From positions 246,636,001 to 246,700,000 of the forward strand of contig CM097882.1 in the NCBI GenBank assembly GCA_044892505.1: a DNA stretch of 64,000 nt, in the 5' to 3' direction. The notes below the pieces were generated by a model. The model saw only the letters and a program-made list of their open reading frames with translations, searched no databases and was not told where the DNA came from. This DNA comes from Schmidtea nova. Taxonomy: Eukaryota. Both the position numbers and the translations under genes were made by a program. Numbering within the stretch: position 1 is the first letter of the stretch; the number at the start of each line of letters is the position of its first letter. This document shows, piece by piece, positions 32,361-46,517 of the stretch.

Positions 32361-32882
32361 CTAAATCATAAACTTTGCAAATGATTGGATTGTCATCATT
32401 ATTTCTTCGAATATAATGAAGAATTTATTAAAGTTTGCTTTGAGAATATTATTATGAGATTTATCGCATGATTCAATGAGGCCAATTAATATTCTAATGC
32501 ATTCAAATAGTACAATTGAAGTATTTTCTGGATTATGTAGTTCACGATAAAGTAATTTAACAATTGTTTCTATGCTCGAAACTAAATGTATTTTGTCCCT
32601 TAATCTTGGAATAAATCTGGCTATTAGTTTCAAATCTCTCAATTTATTTATAGAGGAACTATCTTTAAGATTGTCAATAGTTCTTCGTAAAGTTTTCGAA
32701 GAAGTTGTCATTAGATATTGAGGAATATCGTCTTTGAAGACAGTCAATGCTGGATTTTTGTGTTTCAATAACAAAGTCAATTGTTGGTTTTTGATATTAG
32801 GATTTGGCTGCAGATAAACTCTAACCGTTTTCACATTTCCACGGGTAGATACGACTCTAACAGTTTTATATTCAGTAGACAT
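32361..32882 (-). CDS. Array ORF, 173-aa form
   Basis: Tandem copy. Confidence 0.75.
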   Translation of the reverse strand: MSTEYKTVRVVSTRGNVKTVRVYLQPNPNIKNQQLTLLLKHKNPALTVFKDDIPQYLMTTSSKTLRRTIDNLKDSSSINKLRDLKLIARFIPRLRDKIHLVSSIETIVKLLYRELHNPENTSIVLFECIRILIGLIESCDKSHNNILKANFNKFFIIFEEIMMTIQSFAKFMI

Positions 32883-34065
32883 TTCAAAGTATAAGTAATT
32901 TTGAGTTAACTAATTTTTATTTGGTAATCTAAATAGAGATTACGTTTTTATTGATTTATATTCTATAACATTTTATTTGTTAAAATGGAAATGCATATTG
33001 AACATTACGAGAGAAAATATTGATTGTTACCTTACATATTTAGCAGTTTAAAAAATTATAGATCATTGTGTCTTTAATCATTAGAAATTTATCAAATCAT
33101 TCCTCTCATATTATCTAAACAGTTATTCTCACATTTTTTAATATTACATGATTTTGACCATATTTTGACCATTTTATTGAATTTAATTTAATTACACTGA
33201 ATTTCTAAAAAATGATATAAAAATCAAATACCATGTTACAATCTCGCTTTAATACGTTGCAATGGTTTCCGATTATTTTTTGAATGTTCACGTTTTTGAA
33301 TTTATCAAAATATATATATTTGAAAAACATTTAACCAATAATTTATAGCTTTAGGCAACAAATTTTAGTTTTAATAAATAGCAAGACGAGATTTGAAAAA
33401 AAATATTTTATTATTTATATATGTATATAATAAAAGATGTCACATATATCACAAGTAATATTTCTAGAAACTACTTATAAGCAAGCTACTAATTATCAAA
33501 AAGAAATGGTTAGAAGAATGCGCTGCACCATTTTTGTCACATAGCAACGGTTGCTAATTCAAAAATCATCAATAAATACACACAAAACGGCTCATTGCCA
33601 TGGAATTTATTGCAAAAACAAGTACAAGCGTCGAAATATAATCCCTGAGGTGGCCGTTGCTTTCATTACCAAGTAAACACATAGTAATAAATAAATGCGT
33701 CGATTTATTTTCACGACTATCGATAACCAAAAACGATATGAACACAAAGACTGACAAGAATTATTTTATAGTTAAAAATTTTCAACAAATAAAAAATTTT
33801 CAGCAATGACTTATTTTGTTATTTAATTATAATTTTAGATATCAACAAACACTAAATACAAACACTAAAAAACTCTAAAAAAATCTCCTTATTTTTGTGA
33901 TTTTCAATAAATTCAAATAATTAATACAAAGAGTATTTGATACATGATTATAATGAAAGGATATTTAGCTATAAAATTTACAAAAATGATCAGTTTTTAT
34001 TTTGTAATCAAATTATAATCCAAATAAAATTTAAGGAATATTATTTTTTTTCATTAAACATCGCA

Positions 34066-34587
34066 CTAAATCATAAACTTTGCAAATGATTGGATTGTCA
34101 TCATTATTTCTTCGAATATAATGAAGAATTTATTAAAGTTTGCTTTGAGAATATTATTATGAGATTTATCGCATGATTCAATGAGGCCAATTAATATTCT
34201 AATGCATTCAAATAATACAATTGAAGTATTTTCTGGATTATGTAGTTCACGATAAAGTAATTTAACAATTGTTTCTATGCTCGAAACTAAATGTATTTTG
34301 TCCCTTAATCTTGGAATAAATCTGGCTATTAGTTTCAAATCTCTCAATTTATTTATAGAGGAACTATCTTTAAGATTGTCAATAGTTCTTCGTAAAGTTT
34401 TCGAAGAAGTTGTCATTAGATATTGAGGAATATCGTCTTTGAAGACAGTCAATGCTGGATTTTTGTGTTTCAATAACAAAGTCAATTGTTGGTTTTTGAT
34501 ATTAGGATTTGGCTGCAGATAAACTCTAACCGTTTTCACATTTCCACGGGTAGATACGACTCTAACAGTTTTATATTCAGTAGACAT
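34066..34587 (-). CDS. Array ORF, 173-aa form
   Basis: Tandem copy. Confidence 0.75.
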   Translation of the reverse strand: MSTEYKTVRVVSTRGNVKTVRVYLQPNPNIKNQQLTLLLKHKNPALTVFKDDIPQYLMTTSSKTLRRTIDNLKDSSSINKLRDLKLIARFIPRLRDKIHLVSSIETIVKLLYRELHNPENTSIVLFECIRILIGLIESCDKSHNNILKANFNKFFIIFEEIMMTIQSFAKFMI

Positions 34588-35769
34588 TTCAAAGTATAAG
34601 TAATTTTGAGTTAACTAATTTTTATTTGGTAATCTAAATAGAGATTACGTTTTTATTGATTTATATTCTATAACATTTTATTGGTTAAAATGGAAATGCA
34701 TATTGAACATTACGAGAGAAAATATTGATTGTTACCTTACATATTTAGCAGTTTAAAAAATTATAGATCATTGTGTCTTTAATCATTAGAAATTTATCAA
34801 ATCATTCCTCTCATATTATCTAAACAGTTATTCTCACATTTTTAATATTACATGATTTTGACCATATTTTGACCATTTTATTGAATTTAATTTAATTACA
34901 CTGAATTTCTAAAAAATGATATAAAAATCAAATACCATGTTACAATCTCGCTTTAATACGTTGCAATGGTTTCCGATTATTTTTTGAATGTTCACGTTTT
35001 TGAATTTATCAAAATATATATATTTGAAAAACATTTAACCAATAATTTATAGCTTTAGGCAACAAATTTTAGTTTTAATAAATAGCAAGACGAGATTTGA
35101 AAAAAAATATTTTATTATTTATATATGTATATAATAAAAGATGTCACATATATCACAAGTAATATTTCTAGAAACTACTTATAAGCAAGCTACTAATTAT
35201 CAAAAAGAAATGGTTAGAAGAATGCGCTGCACCATTTTTGTCACATAGCAACGGTTGCTAATTCAAAAATCATCAATAAATACACACAAAACGGCTTATT
35301 GCCATGGAATTTATTGCAAAAACAAGTACAAGCGTCGAAATATAATCCCTGAGGTGGCCGTTGCTTTCATTACCAAGTAAACACATAGTAATAAATAAAT
35401 GCGTCGATTTATTTTCACGACTATCGATAACCAAAAACGATATGAACACAAAGACTGACAAGAATTATTTTATAGTTAAAAATTTTCAACAAATAAAAAA
35501 TTTTCAGCAATGACTTATTTTGTTATTTAATTATAATTTTAGATATCAACAAACACTAAATACAAACACTAAAAAACTCTAAAAAAATCTCCTTATTTTT
35601 GTGATTTTCAATAAATTCAAATAATTAATACAAAGAGTATTTGATACATGATTATAATGAAAGGATATTTAGCTATAAAATTTACAAAAATGATCAGTTT
35701 TTATTTTGTAATCAAATTATAATCCAAATGAAATTTAAGGAATATTATTTTTTTTCATTAAACATCGCA

Positions 35770-36291
35770 CTAAATCATAAACTTTGCAAATGATTGGATT
35801 GTCATCATTATTTCTTCGAATATAATGAAGAATTTATTAAAGTTTGCTTTGAGAATATTATTATGAGATTTATCGCATGATTCAATGAGGCCAATTAATA
35901 TTCTAATGCATTCAAATAGTACAATTGAAGTATTTTCTGGATTATGTAGTTCACGATAAAGTAATTTAACAATTGTTTCTATGCTCGAAACTAAATGTAT
36001 TTTGTCCCTTAATCTTGGAATAAATCTGGCTATTAGTTTCAAATCTCTCAATTTATTTATAGAGGAACTATCTTTAAGATTGTCAATAGTTCTTCGTAAA
36101 GTTTTCGAAGAAGTTGTCATTAGATATTGAGGAATATCGTCTTTGAAGACAGTCAATGCTGGATTTTTGTGTTTCAATAACAAAGTCAATTGTTGGTTTT
36201 TGATATTAGGATTTGGCTGCAGATAAACTCTAACCGTTTTCACATTTCCACGGGTAGATACGACTCTAACAGTTTTATATTCAGTAGACAT
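35770..36291 (-). CDS. Array ORF, 173-aa form
   Basis: Tandem copy. Confidence 0.75.
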   Translation of the reverse strand: MSTEYKTVRVVSTRGNVKTVRVYLQPNPNIKNQQLTLLLKHKNPALTVFKDDIPQYLMTTSSKTLRRTIDNLKDSSSINKLRDLKLIARFIPRLRDKIHLVSSIETIVKLLYRELHNPENTSIVLFECIRILIGLIESCDKSHNNILKANFNKFFIIFEEIMMTIQSFAKFMI

Positions 36292-37474
36292 TTCAAAGTA
36301 TAAGTAATTTTGAGTTAACTAATTTTTATTTGGTAATCTAAATAGAGATTACGTTTTTATTGATTTATATTCTATAACATTTTATTTGTTAAAATGGAAA
36401 TGCATATTGAACATTACGAGAGAAAATATTGATTGTTACCTTACATATTTAGCAGTTTAAAAAATTATAGATCATTGTGTCTTTAATCATTAGAAATTTA
36501 TCAAATCATTCCTCTCATATTATCTAAACAGTTATTCTCACATTTTTTAATATTACATGATTTTGACCATATTTTGACCATTTTATTGAATTTAATTTAA
36601 TTACACTGAATTTCTAAAAAATGATATAAAAATCAAATACCATGTTACAATCTCGCTTTAATACGTTGCAATGGTTTCCGATTATTTTTTGAATGTTCAC
36701 GTTTTTGAATTTATCAAAATATATATATTTGAAAAACATTTAACCAATAATTTATAGCTTTAGGCAACAAATTTTAGTTTTAATAAATAGCAAGACGAGA
36801 TTTGAAAAAAAATATTTTATTATTTATATATGTATATAATAAAAGATGTCACATATATCACAAGTAATATTTCTAGAAACTACTTATAAGCAAGCTACTA
36901 ATTATCAAAAAGAAATGGTTAGAAGAATGCACTGCACCATTTTTGTCACATAGCAACGGTTGCTAATTCAAAAATCATCAATAAATACACACAAAACGGC
37001 TCATTGCCATGGAATTTATTGCAAAAACAAGTACAAGCGTCGAAATATAATCCCTGAGGTGGCCGTTGCTTTCATTACCAAGTAAACACATAGTAATAAA
37101 TAAATGCGTCGATTTATTTTCACGACTATCGATAACCAAAAACGATATGAACACAAAGACTGACAAGAATTATTTTATAGTTAAAAATTTTCAACAAATA
37201 AAAAATTTTCAGCAATGACTTATTTTGTTATTTAATTATAATTTTAGATATCAACAAACACTAAATACAAACACTAAAAAACTCTAAAAAAATCTCCTTA
37301 TTTTTGTGATTTTCAATAAATTCAAATAATTAATACAAAGAGTATTTGATACATGATTATAATGAAAGGATATTTAGCTATAAAATTTACAAAAATGATC
37401 AGTTTTTATTTTGTAATCAAATTATAATCCAAATAAAATTTAAGGAATATTATTTTTTTTCATTAAACATCGCA

Positions 37475-37996
37475 CTAAATCATAAACTTTGCAAATGATT
37501 GGATTGTCATCATTATTTCTTCGAATATAATGAAGAATTTATTAAAGTTTGCTTTGAGAATATTATTATGAGATTTATCGCATGATTCAATGAGGCCAAT
37601 TAATATTCTAATGCATTCAAATAGTACAATTGAAGTATTTTCTGGATTATGTAGTTCACGATAAAGTAATTTAACAATTGTTTCTATGCTCGAAACTAAA
37701 TGTATTTTGTCCCTTAATCTTGGAATAAATCTGGCTATTAGTTTCAAATCTCTCAATTTATTTATAGAGGAACTATCTTTAAGATTGTCAATAGTTCTTC
37801 GTAAAGTTTTCGAAGAAGTTGTCATTAGATATTGAGGAATATCGTCTTTGAAGACAGTCAATGCTGGATTTTTGTGTTTCAATAACAAAGTCAATTGTTG
37901 GTTTTTGATATTAGGATTTGGCTGCAGATAAACTCTAACCGTTTTCACATTTCCACGGGTAGATACGACTCTAACAGTTTTATATTCAGTAGACAT
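37475..37996 (-). CDS. Array ORF, 173-aa form
   Basis: Tandem copy. Confidence 0.75.
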   Translation of the reverse strand: MSTEYKTVRVVSTRGNVKTVRVYLQPNPNIKNQQLTLLLKHKNPALTVFKDDIPQYLMTTSSKTLRRTIDNLKDSSSINKLRDLKLIARFIPRLRDKIHLVSSIETIVKLLYRELHNPENTSIVLFECIRILIGLIESCDKSHNNILKANFNKFFIIFEEIMMTIQSFAKFMI

Positions 37997-39179
37997 TTCA
38001 AAGTATAAGTAATTTTGAGTTAACTAATTTTTATTTGGTAATCTAAATAGAGATTACGTTTTTATTGATTTATATTCTATAACATTTTATTTGTTAAAAT
38101 GGAAATGCATATTGAACATTACGAGAGAAAATATTGATTGTTACCTTACATATTTAGCAGTTTAAAAAATTATAGATCATTGTGTCTTTAATCATTAGAA
38201 ATTTATCAAATCATTCCTCTCATATTATCTAAACAGTTATTCTCACATTTTTTAATATTACATGATTTTGACCATATTTTGACCATTTTATTGAATTTAA
38301 TTTAATTACACTGAATTTCTAAAAAATGATATAAAAATCAAATACCATGTTACAATCTCGCTTTAATACGTTGCAATGGTTTCCGATTATTTTTTGAATG
38401 TTCACGTTTTTGAATTTATCAAAATATATATATTTGAAAAACATTTAACCAATAATTTATAGCTTTAGGCAACAAATTTTAGTTTTAATAAATAGCAAGA
38501 CGAGATTTGAAAAAAAATATTTTATTATTTATATATGTATATAATAAAAGATGTCACATATATCACAAGTAATATTTCTAGAAACTACTTATAAGCAAGC
38601 TACTAATTATCAAAAAGAAATGGTTAGAAGAATGCACTGCACCATTTTTGTCACATAGCAACGGTTGCTAATTCAAAAATCATCAATAAATACACACAAA
38701 ACGGCTCATTGCCATGGAATTTATTGCAAAAACAAGTACAAGCGTCGAAATATAATCCCTGAGGTGGCCGTTGCTTTCATTACCAAGTAAACACATAGTA
38801 ATAAATAAATGCGTCGATTTATTTTCACGACTATCGATAACCAAAAACGATATGAACACAAAGACTGACAAGAATTATTTTATAGTTAAAAATTTTCAAC
38901 AAATAAAAAATTTTCAGCAATGACTTATTTTGTTATTTAATTATAATTTTAGATATCAACAAACACTAAATACAAACACTAAAAAACTCTAAAAAAATCT
39001 CCTTATTTTTGTGATTTTCAATAAATTCAAATAATTAATACAAAGAGTATTTGATACATGATTATAATGAAAGGATATTTAGCTATAAAATTTACAAAAA
39101 TGATCAGTTTTTATTTTGTAATCAAATTATAATCCAAATAAAATTTAAGGAATATTATTTTTTTTCATTAAACATCGCA

Positions 39180-39701
39180 CTAAATCATAAACTTTGCAAA
39201 TGATTGGATTGTCATCATTATTTCTTCGAATATAATGAAGAATTTATTAAAGTTTGCTTTGAGAATATTATTATGAGATTTATCGCATGATTCAATGAGG
39301 CCAATTAATATTCTAATGCATTCAAATAATACAATTGAAGTATTTTCTGGATTATGTAGTTCACGATAAAGTAATTTAACAATTGTTTCTATGCTCGAAA
39401 CTAAATGTATTTTGTCCCTTAATCTTGGAATAAATCTGGCTATTAGTTTCAAATCTCTCAATTTATTTATAGAGGAACTATCTTTAAGATTGTCAATAGT
39501 TCTTCGTAAAGTTTTCGAAGAAGTTGTCATTAGATATTGAGGAATATCGTCTTTGAAGACAGTCAATGCTGGATTTTTGTGTTTCAATAACAAAGTCAAT
39601 TGTTGGTTTTTGATATTAGGATTTGGCTGCAGATAAACTCTAACCGTTTTCACATTTCCACGGGTAGATACGACTCTAACAGTTTTATATTCAGTAGACA
39701 T
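39180..39701 (-). CDS. Array ORF, 173-aa form
   Basis: Tandem copy. Confidence 0.75.
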   Translation of the reverse strand: MSTEYKTVRVVSTRGNVKTVRVYLQPNPNIKNQQLTLLLKHKNPALTVFKDDIPQYLMTTSSKTLRRTIDNLKDSSSINKLRDLKLIARFIPRLRDKIHLVSSIETIVKLLYRELHNPENTSIVLFECIRILIGLIESCDKSHNNILKANFNKFFIIFEEIMMTIQSFAKFMI

Positions 39702-40883
39702 TTCAAAGTATAAGTAATTTTGAGTTAACTAATTTTTATTTGGTAATCTAAATAGAGATTACGTTTTTATTGATTTATATTCTATAACATTTTATTGGTT
39801 AAAATGGAAATGCATATTGAACATTACGAGAGAAAATATTGATTGTTACCTTACATATTTAGCAGTTTAAAAAATTATAGATCATTGTGTCTTTAATCAT
39901 TAGAAATTTATCAAATCATTCCTCTCATATTATCTAAACAGTTATTCTCACATTTTTAATATTACATGATTTTGACCATATTTTGACCATTTTATTGAAT
40001 TTAATTTAATTACACTGAATTTCTAAAAAATGATATAAAAATCAAATACCATGTTACAATCTCGCTTTAATACGTTGCAATGGTTTCCGATTATTTTTTG
40101 AATGTTCACGTTTTTGAATTTATCAAAATATATATATTTGAAAAACATTTAACCAATAATTTATAGCTTTAGGCAACAAATTTTAGTTTTAATAAATAGC
40201 AAGACGAGATTTGAAAAAAAATATTTTATTATTTATATATGTATATAATAAAAGATGTCACATATATCACAAGTAATATTTCTAGAAACTACTTATAAGC
40301 AAGCTACTAATTATCAAAAAGAAATGGTTAGAAGAATGCGCTGCACCATTTTTGTCACATAGCAACGGTTGCTAATTCAAAAATCATCAATAAATACACA
40401 CAAAACGGCTTATTGCCATGGAATTTATTGCAAAAACAAGTACAAGCGTCGAAATATAATCCCTGAGGTGGCCGTTGCTTTCATTACCAAGTAAACACAT
40501 AGTAATAAATAAATGCGTCGATTTATTTTCACGACTATCGATAACCAAAAACGATATGAACACAAAGACTGACAAGAATTATTTTATAGTTAAAAATTTT
40601 CAACAAATAAAAAATTTTCAGCAATGACTTATTTTGTTATTTAATTATAATTTTAGATATCAACAAACACTAAATACAAACACTAAAAAACTCTAAAAAA
40701 ATCTCCTTATTTTTGTGATTTTCAATAAATTCAAATAATTAATACAAAGAGTATTTGATACATGATTATAATGAAAGGATATTTAGCTATAAAATTTACA
40801 AAAATGATCAGTTTTTATTTTGTAATCAAATTATAATCCAAATGAAATTTAAGGAATATTATTTTTTTTCATTAAACATCGCA

Positions 40884-41405
40884 CTAAATCATAAACTTTG
40901 CAAATGATTGGATTGTCATCATTATTTCTTCGAATATAATGAAGAATTTATTAAAGTTTGCTTTGAGAATATTATTATGAGATTTATCGCATGATTCAAT
41001 GAGGCCAATTAATATTCTAATGCATTCAAATAGTACAATTGAAGTATTTTCTGGATTATGTAGTTCACGATAAAGTAATTTAACAATTGTTTCTATGCTC
41101 GAAACTAAATGTATTTTGTCCCTTAATCTTGGAATAAATCTGGCTATTAGTTTCAAATCTCTCAATTTATTTATAGAGGAACTATCTTTAAGATTGTCAA
41201 TAGTTCTTCGTAAAGTTTTCGAAGAAGTTGTCATTAGATATTGAGGAATATCGTCTTTGAAGACAGTCAATGCTGGATTTTTGTGTTTCAATAACAAAGT
41301 CAATTGTTGGTTTTTGATATTAGGATTTGGCTGCAGATAAACTCTAACCGTTTTCACATTTCCACGGGTAGATACGACTCTAACAGTTTTATATTCAGTA
41401 GACAT
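40884..41405 (-). CDS. Array ORF, 173-aa form
   Basis: Tandem copy. Confidence 0.75.
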   Translation of the reverse strand: MSTEYKTVRVVSTRGNVKTVRVYLQPNPNIKNQQLTLLLKHKNPALTVFKDDIPQYLMTTSSKTLRRTIDNLKDSSSINKLRDLKLIARFIPRLRDKIHLVSSIETIVKLLYRELHNPENTSIVLFECIRILIGLIESCDKSHNNILKANFNKFFIIFEEIMMTIQSFAKFMI

Positions 41406-42587
41406 TTCAAAGTATAAGTAATTTTGAGTTAACTAATTTTTATTTGGTAATCTAAATAGAGATTACGTTTTTATTGATTTATATTCTATAACATTTTATT
41501 GGTTAAAATGGAAATGCATATTGAACATTACGAGAGAAAATATTGATTGTTACCTTACATATTTAGCAGTTTAAAAAATTATAGATCATTGTGTCTTTAA
41601 TCATTAGAAATTTATCAAATCATTCCTCTCATATTATCTAAACAGTTATTCTCACATTTTTAATATTACATGATTTTGACCATATTTTGACCATTTTATT
41701 GAATTTAATTTAATTACACTGAATTTCTAAAAAATGATATAAAAATCAAATACCATGTTACAATCTCGCTTTAATACGTTGCAATGGTTTCCGATTATTT
41801 TTTGAATGTTCACGTTTTTGAATTTATCAAAATATATATATTTGAAAAACATTTAACCAATAATTTATAGCTTTAGGCAACAAATTTTAGTTTTAATAAA
41901 TAGCAAGACGAGATTTGAAAAAAAATATTTTATTATTTATATATGTATATAATAAAAGATGTCACATATATCACAAGTAATATTTCTAGAAACTACTTAT
42001 AAGCAAGCTACTAATTATCAAAAAGAAATGGTTAGAAGAATGCGCTGCACCATTTTTGTCACATAGCAACGGTTGCTAATTCAAAAATCATCAATAAATA
42101 CACACAAAACGGCTTATTGCCATGGAATTTATTGCAAAAACAAGTACAAGCGTCGAAATATAATCCCTGAGGTGGCCGTTGCTTTCATTACCAAGTAAAC
42201 ACATAGTAATAAATAAATGCGTCGATTTATTTTCACGACTATCGATAACCAAAAACGATATGAACACAAAGACTGACAAGAATTATTTTATAGTTAAAAA
42301 TTTTCAACAAATAAAAAATTTTCAGCAATGACTTATTTTGTTATTTAATTATAATTTTAGATATCAACAAACACTAAATACAAACACTAAAAAACTCTAA
42401 AAAAATCTCCTTATTTTTGTGATTTTCAATAAATTCAAATAATTAATACAAAGAGTATTTGATACATGATTATAATGAAAGGATATTTAGCTATAAAATT
42501 TACAAAAATGATCAGTTTTTATTTTGTAATCAAATTATAATCCAAATGAAATTTAAGGAATATTATTTTTTTTCATTAAACATCGCA

Positions 42588-43109
42588 CTAAATCATAAAC
42601 TTTGCAAATGATTGGATTGTCATCATTATTTCTTCGAATATAATGAAGAATTTATTAAAGTTTGCTTTGAGAATATTATTATGAGATTTATCGCATGATT
42701 CAATGAGGCCAATTAATATTCTAATGCATTCAAATAGTACAATTGAAGTATTTTCTGGATTATGTAGTTCACGATAAAGTAATTTAACAATTGTTTCTAT
42801 GCTCGAAACTAAATGTATTTTGTCCCTTAATCTTGGAATAAATCTGGCTATTAGTTTCAAATCTCTCAATTTATTTATAGAGGAACTATCTTTAAGATTG
42901 TCAATAGTTCTTCGTAAAGTTTTCGAAGAAGTTGTCATTAGATATTGAGGAATATCGTCTTTGAAGACAGTCAATGCTGGATTTTTGTGTTTCAATAACA
43001 AAGTCAATTGTTGGTTTTTGATATTAGGATTTGGCTGCAGATAAACTCTAACCGTTTTCACATTTCCACGGGTAGATACGACTCTAACAGTTTTATATTC
43101 AGTAGACAT
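42588..43109 (-). CDS. Array ORF, 173-aa form
   Basis: Tandem copy. Confidence 0.75.
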   Translation of the reverse strand: MSTEYKTVRVVSTRGNVKTVRVYLQPNPNIKNQQLTLLLKHKNPALTVFKDDIPQYLMTTSSKTLRRTIDNLKDSSSINKLRDLKLIARFIPRLRDKIHLVSSIETIVKLLYRELHNPENTSIVLFECIRILIGLIESCDKSHNNILKANFNKFFIIFEEIMMTIQSFAKFMI

Positions 43110-44291
43110 TTCAAAGTATAAGTAATTTTGAGTTAACTAATTTTTATTTGGTAATCTAAATAGAGATTACGTTTTTATTGATTTATATTCTATAACATTT
43201 TATTGGTTAAAATGGAAATGCATATTGAACATTACGAGAGAAAATATTGATTGTTACCTTACATATTTAGCAGTTTAAAAAATTATAGATCATTGTGTCT
43301 TTAATCATTAGAAATTTATCAAATCATTCCTCTCATATTATCTAAACAGTTATTCTCACATTTTTAATATTACATGATTTTGACCATATTTTGACCATTT
43401 TATTGAATTTAATTTAATTACACTGAATTTCTAAAAAATGATATAAAAATCAAATACCATGTTACAATCTCGCTTTAATACGTTGCAATGGTTTCCGATT
43501 ATTTTTTGAATGTTCACGTTTTTGAATTTATCAAAATATATATATTTGAAAAACATTTAACCAATAATTTATAGCTTTAGGCAACAAATTTTAGTTTTAA
43601 TAAATAGCAAGACGAGATTTGAAAAAAAATATTTTATTATTTATATATGTATATAATAAAAGATGTCACATATATCACAAGTAATATTTCTAGAAACTAC
43701 TTATAAGCAAGCTACTAATTATCAAAAAGAAATGGTTAGAAGAATGCGCTGCACCATTTTTGTCACATAGCAACGGTTGCTAATTCAAAAATCATCAATA
43801 AATACACACAAAACGGCTTATTGCCATGGAATTTATTGCAAAAACAAGTACAAGCGTCGAAATATAATCCCTGAGGTGGCCGTTGCTTTCATTACCAAGT
43901 AAACACATAGTAATAAATAAATGCGTCGATTTATTTTCACGACTATCGATAACCAAAAACGATATGAACACAAAGACTGACAAGAATTATTTTATAGTTA
44001 AAAATTTTCAACAAATAAAAAATTTTCAGCAATGACTTATTTTGTTATTTAATTATAATTTTAGATATCAACAAACACTAAATACAAACACTAAAAAACT
44101 CTAAAAAAATCTCCTTATTTTTGTGATTTTCAATAAATTCAAATAATTAATACAAAGAGTATTTGATACATGATTATAATGAAAGGATATTTAGCTATAA
44201 AATTTACAAAAATGATCAGTTTTTATTTTGTAATCAAATTATAATCCAAATGAAATTTAAGGAATATTATTTTTTTTCATTAAACATCGCA

Positions 44292-44813
44292 CTAAATCAT
44301 AAACTTTGCAAATGATTGGATTGTCATCATTATTTCTTCGAATATAATGAAGAATTTATTAAAGTTTGCTTTGAGAATATTATTATGAGATTTATCGCAT
44401 GATTCAATGAGGCCAATTAATATTCTAATGCATTCAAATAGTACAATTGAAGTATTTTCTGGATTATGTAGTTCACGATAAAGTAATTTAACAATTGTTT
44501 CTATGCTCGAAACTAAATGTATTTTGTCCCTTAATCTTGGAATAAATCTGGCTATTAGTTTCAAATCTCTCAATTTATTTATAGAGGAACTATCTTTAAG
44601 ATTGTCAATAGTTCTTCGTAAAGTTTTCGAAGAAGTTGTCATTAGATATTGAGGAATATCGTCTTTGAAGACAGTCAATGCTGGATTTTTGTGTTTCAAT
44701 AACAAAGTCAATTGTTGGTTTTTGATATTAGGATTTGGCTGCAGATAAACTCTAACCGTTTTCACATTTCCACGGGTAGATACGACTCTAACAGTTTTAT
44801 ATTCAGTAGACAT
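44292..44813 (-). CDS. Array ORF, 173-aa form
   Basis: Tandem copy. Confidence 0.75.
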   Translation of the reverse strand: MSTEYKTVRVVSTRGNVKTVRVYLQPNPNIKNQQLTLLLKHKNPALTVFKDDIPQYLMTTSSKTLRRTIDNLKDSSSINKLRDLKLIARFIPRLRDKIHLVSSIETIVKLLYRELHNPENTSIVLFECIRILIGLIESCDKSHNNILKANFNKFFIIFEEIMMTIQSFAKFMI

Positions 44814-45995
44814 TTCAAAGTATAAGTAATTTTGAGTTAACTAATTTTTATTTGGTAATCTAAATAGAGATTACGTTTTTATTGATTTATATTCTATAAC
44901 ATTTTATTGGTTAAAATGGAAATGCATATTGAACATTACGAGAGAAAATATTGATTGTTACCTTACATATTTAGCAGTTTAAAAAATTATAGATCATTGT
45001 GTCTTTAATCATTAGAAATTTATCAAATCATTCCTCTCATATTATCTAAACAGTTATTCTCACATTTTTAATATTACATGATTTTGACCATATTTTGACC
45101 ATTTTATTGAATTTAATTTAATTACACTGAATTTCTAAAAAATGATATAAAAATCAAATACCATGTTACAATCTCGCTTTAATACGTTGCAATGGTTTCC
45201 GATTATTTTTTGAATGTTCACGTTTTTGAATTTATCAAAATATATATATTTGAAAAACATTTAACCAATAATTTATAGCTTTAGGCAACAAATTTTAGTT
45301 TTAATAAATAGCAAGACGAGATTTGAAAAAAAATATTTTATTATTTATATATGTATATAATAAAAGATGTCACATATATCACAAGTAATATTTCTAGAAA
45401 CTACTTATAAGCAAGCTACTAATTATCAAAAAGAAATGGTTAGAAGAATGCGCTGCACCATTTTTGTCACATAGCAACGGTTGTTAATTCAAAAATCATC
45501 AATAAATACACACAAAACTGCTCATTGCCATGGAATTTATTGCAAAAACAAGTACAAGCGTCGAAATATAATCCCTGAGGTGGCCGTTGCTTTCATTACC
45601 AAGTAAACACATAGTAATAAATAAATGCGTCGATTTATTTTCACGACTATCGATAACCAAAAACGATATGAACACAAAGACTGACAAGAATTATTTTATA
45701 GTTAAAAATTTTCAACAAATAAAAAATTTTCAGCAATGACTTATTTTGTTATTTAATTATAATTTTAGATATCAACAAACACTAAATACAAACACTAAAA
45801 AACTCTAAAAAAATCTCCTTATTTTTGTGATTTTCAATAAATTCAAATAATTAATACAAAGAGTATTTGATACATGATTATAATGAAAGGATATTTAGCT
45901 ATAAAATTTACAAAAATGATCAGTTTTTATTTTGTAATCAAATTATAATCCAAATGAAATTTAAGGAATATTATTTTTTTTCATTAAACATCGCA

Positions 45996-46517
45996 CTAAA
46001 TCATAAACTTTGCAAATGATTGGATTGTCATCATTATTTCTTCGAATATAATGAAGAATTTATTAAAGTTTGCTTTGAGAATATTATTATGAGATTTATC
46101 GCATGATTCAATGAGGCCAATTAATATTCTAATGCATTCAAATAGTACAATTGAAGTATTTTCTGGATTATGTAGTTCACGATAAAGTAATTTAACAATT
46201 GTTTCTATGCTCGAAACTAAATGTATTTTGTCCCTTAATCTTGGAATAAATCTGGCTATTAGTTTCAAATCTCTCAATTTATTTATAGAGGAACTATCTT
46301 TAAGATTGTCAATAGTTCTTCGTAAAGTTTTCGAAGAAGTTGTCATTAGATATTGAGGAATATCGTCTTTGAAGACAGTCAATGCTGGATTTTTGTGTTT
46401 CAATAACAAAGTCAATTGTTGGTTTTTGATATTAGGATTTGGCTGCAGATAAACTCTAACCGTTTTCACATTTCCACGGGTAGATACGACTCTAACAGTT
46501 TTATATTCAGTAGACAT
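45996..46517 (-). CDS. Array ORF, 173-aa form
   Basis: Tandem copy. Confidence 0.75.
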   Translation of the reverse strand: MSTEYKTVRVVSTRGNVKTVRVYLQPNPNIKNQQLTLLLKHKNPALTVFKDDIPQYLMTTSSKTLRRTIDNLKDSSSINKLRDLKLIARFIPRLRDKIHLVSSIETIVKLLYRELHNPENTSIVLFECIRILIGLIESCDKSHNNILKANFNKFFIIFEEIMMTIQSFAKFMI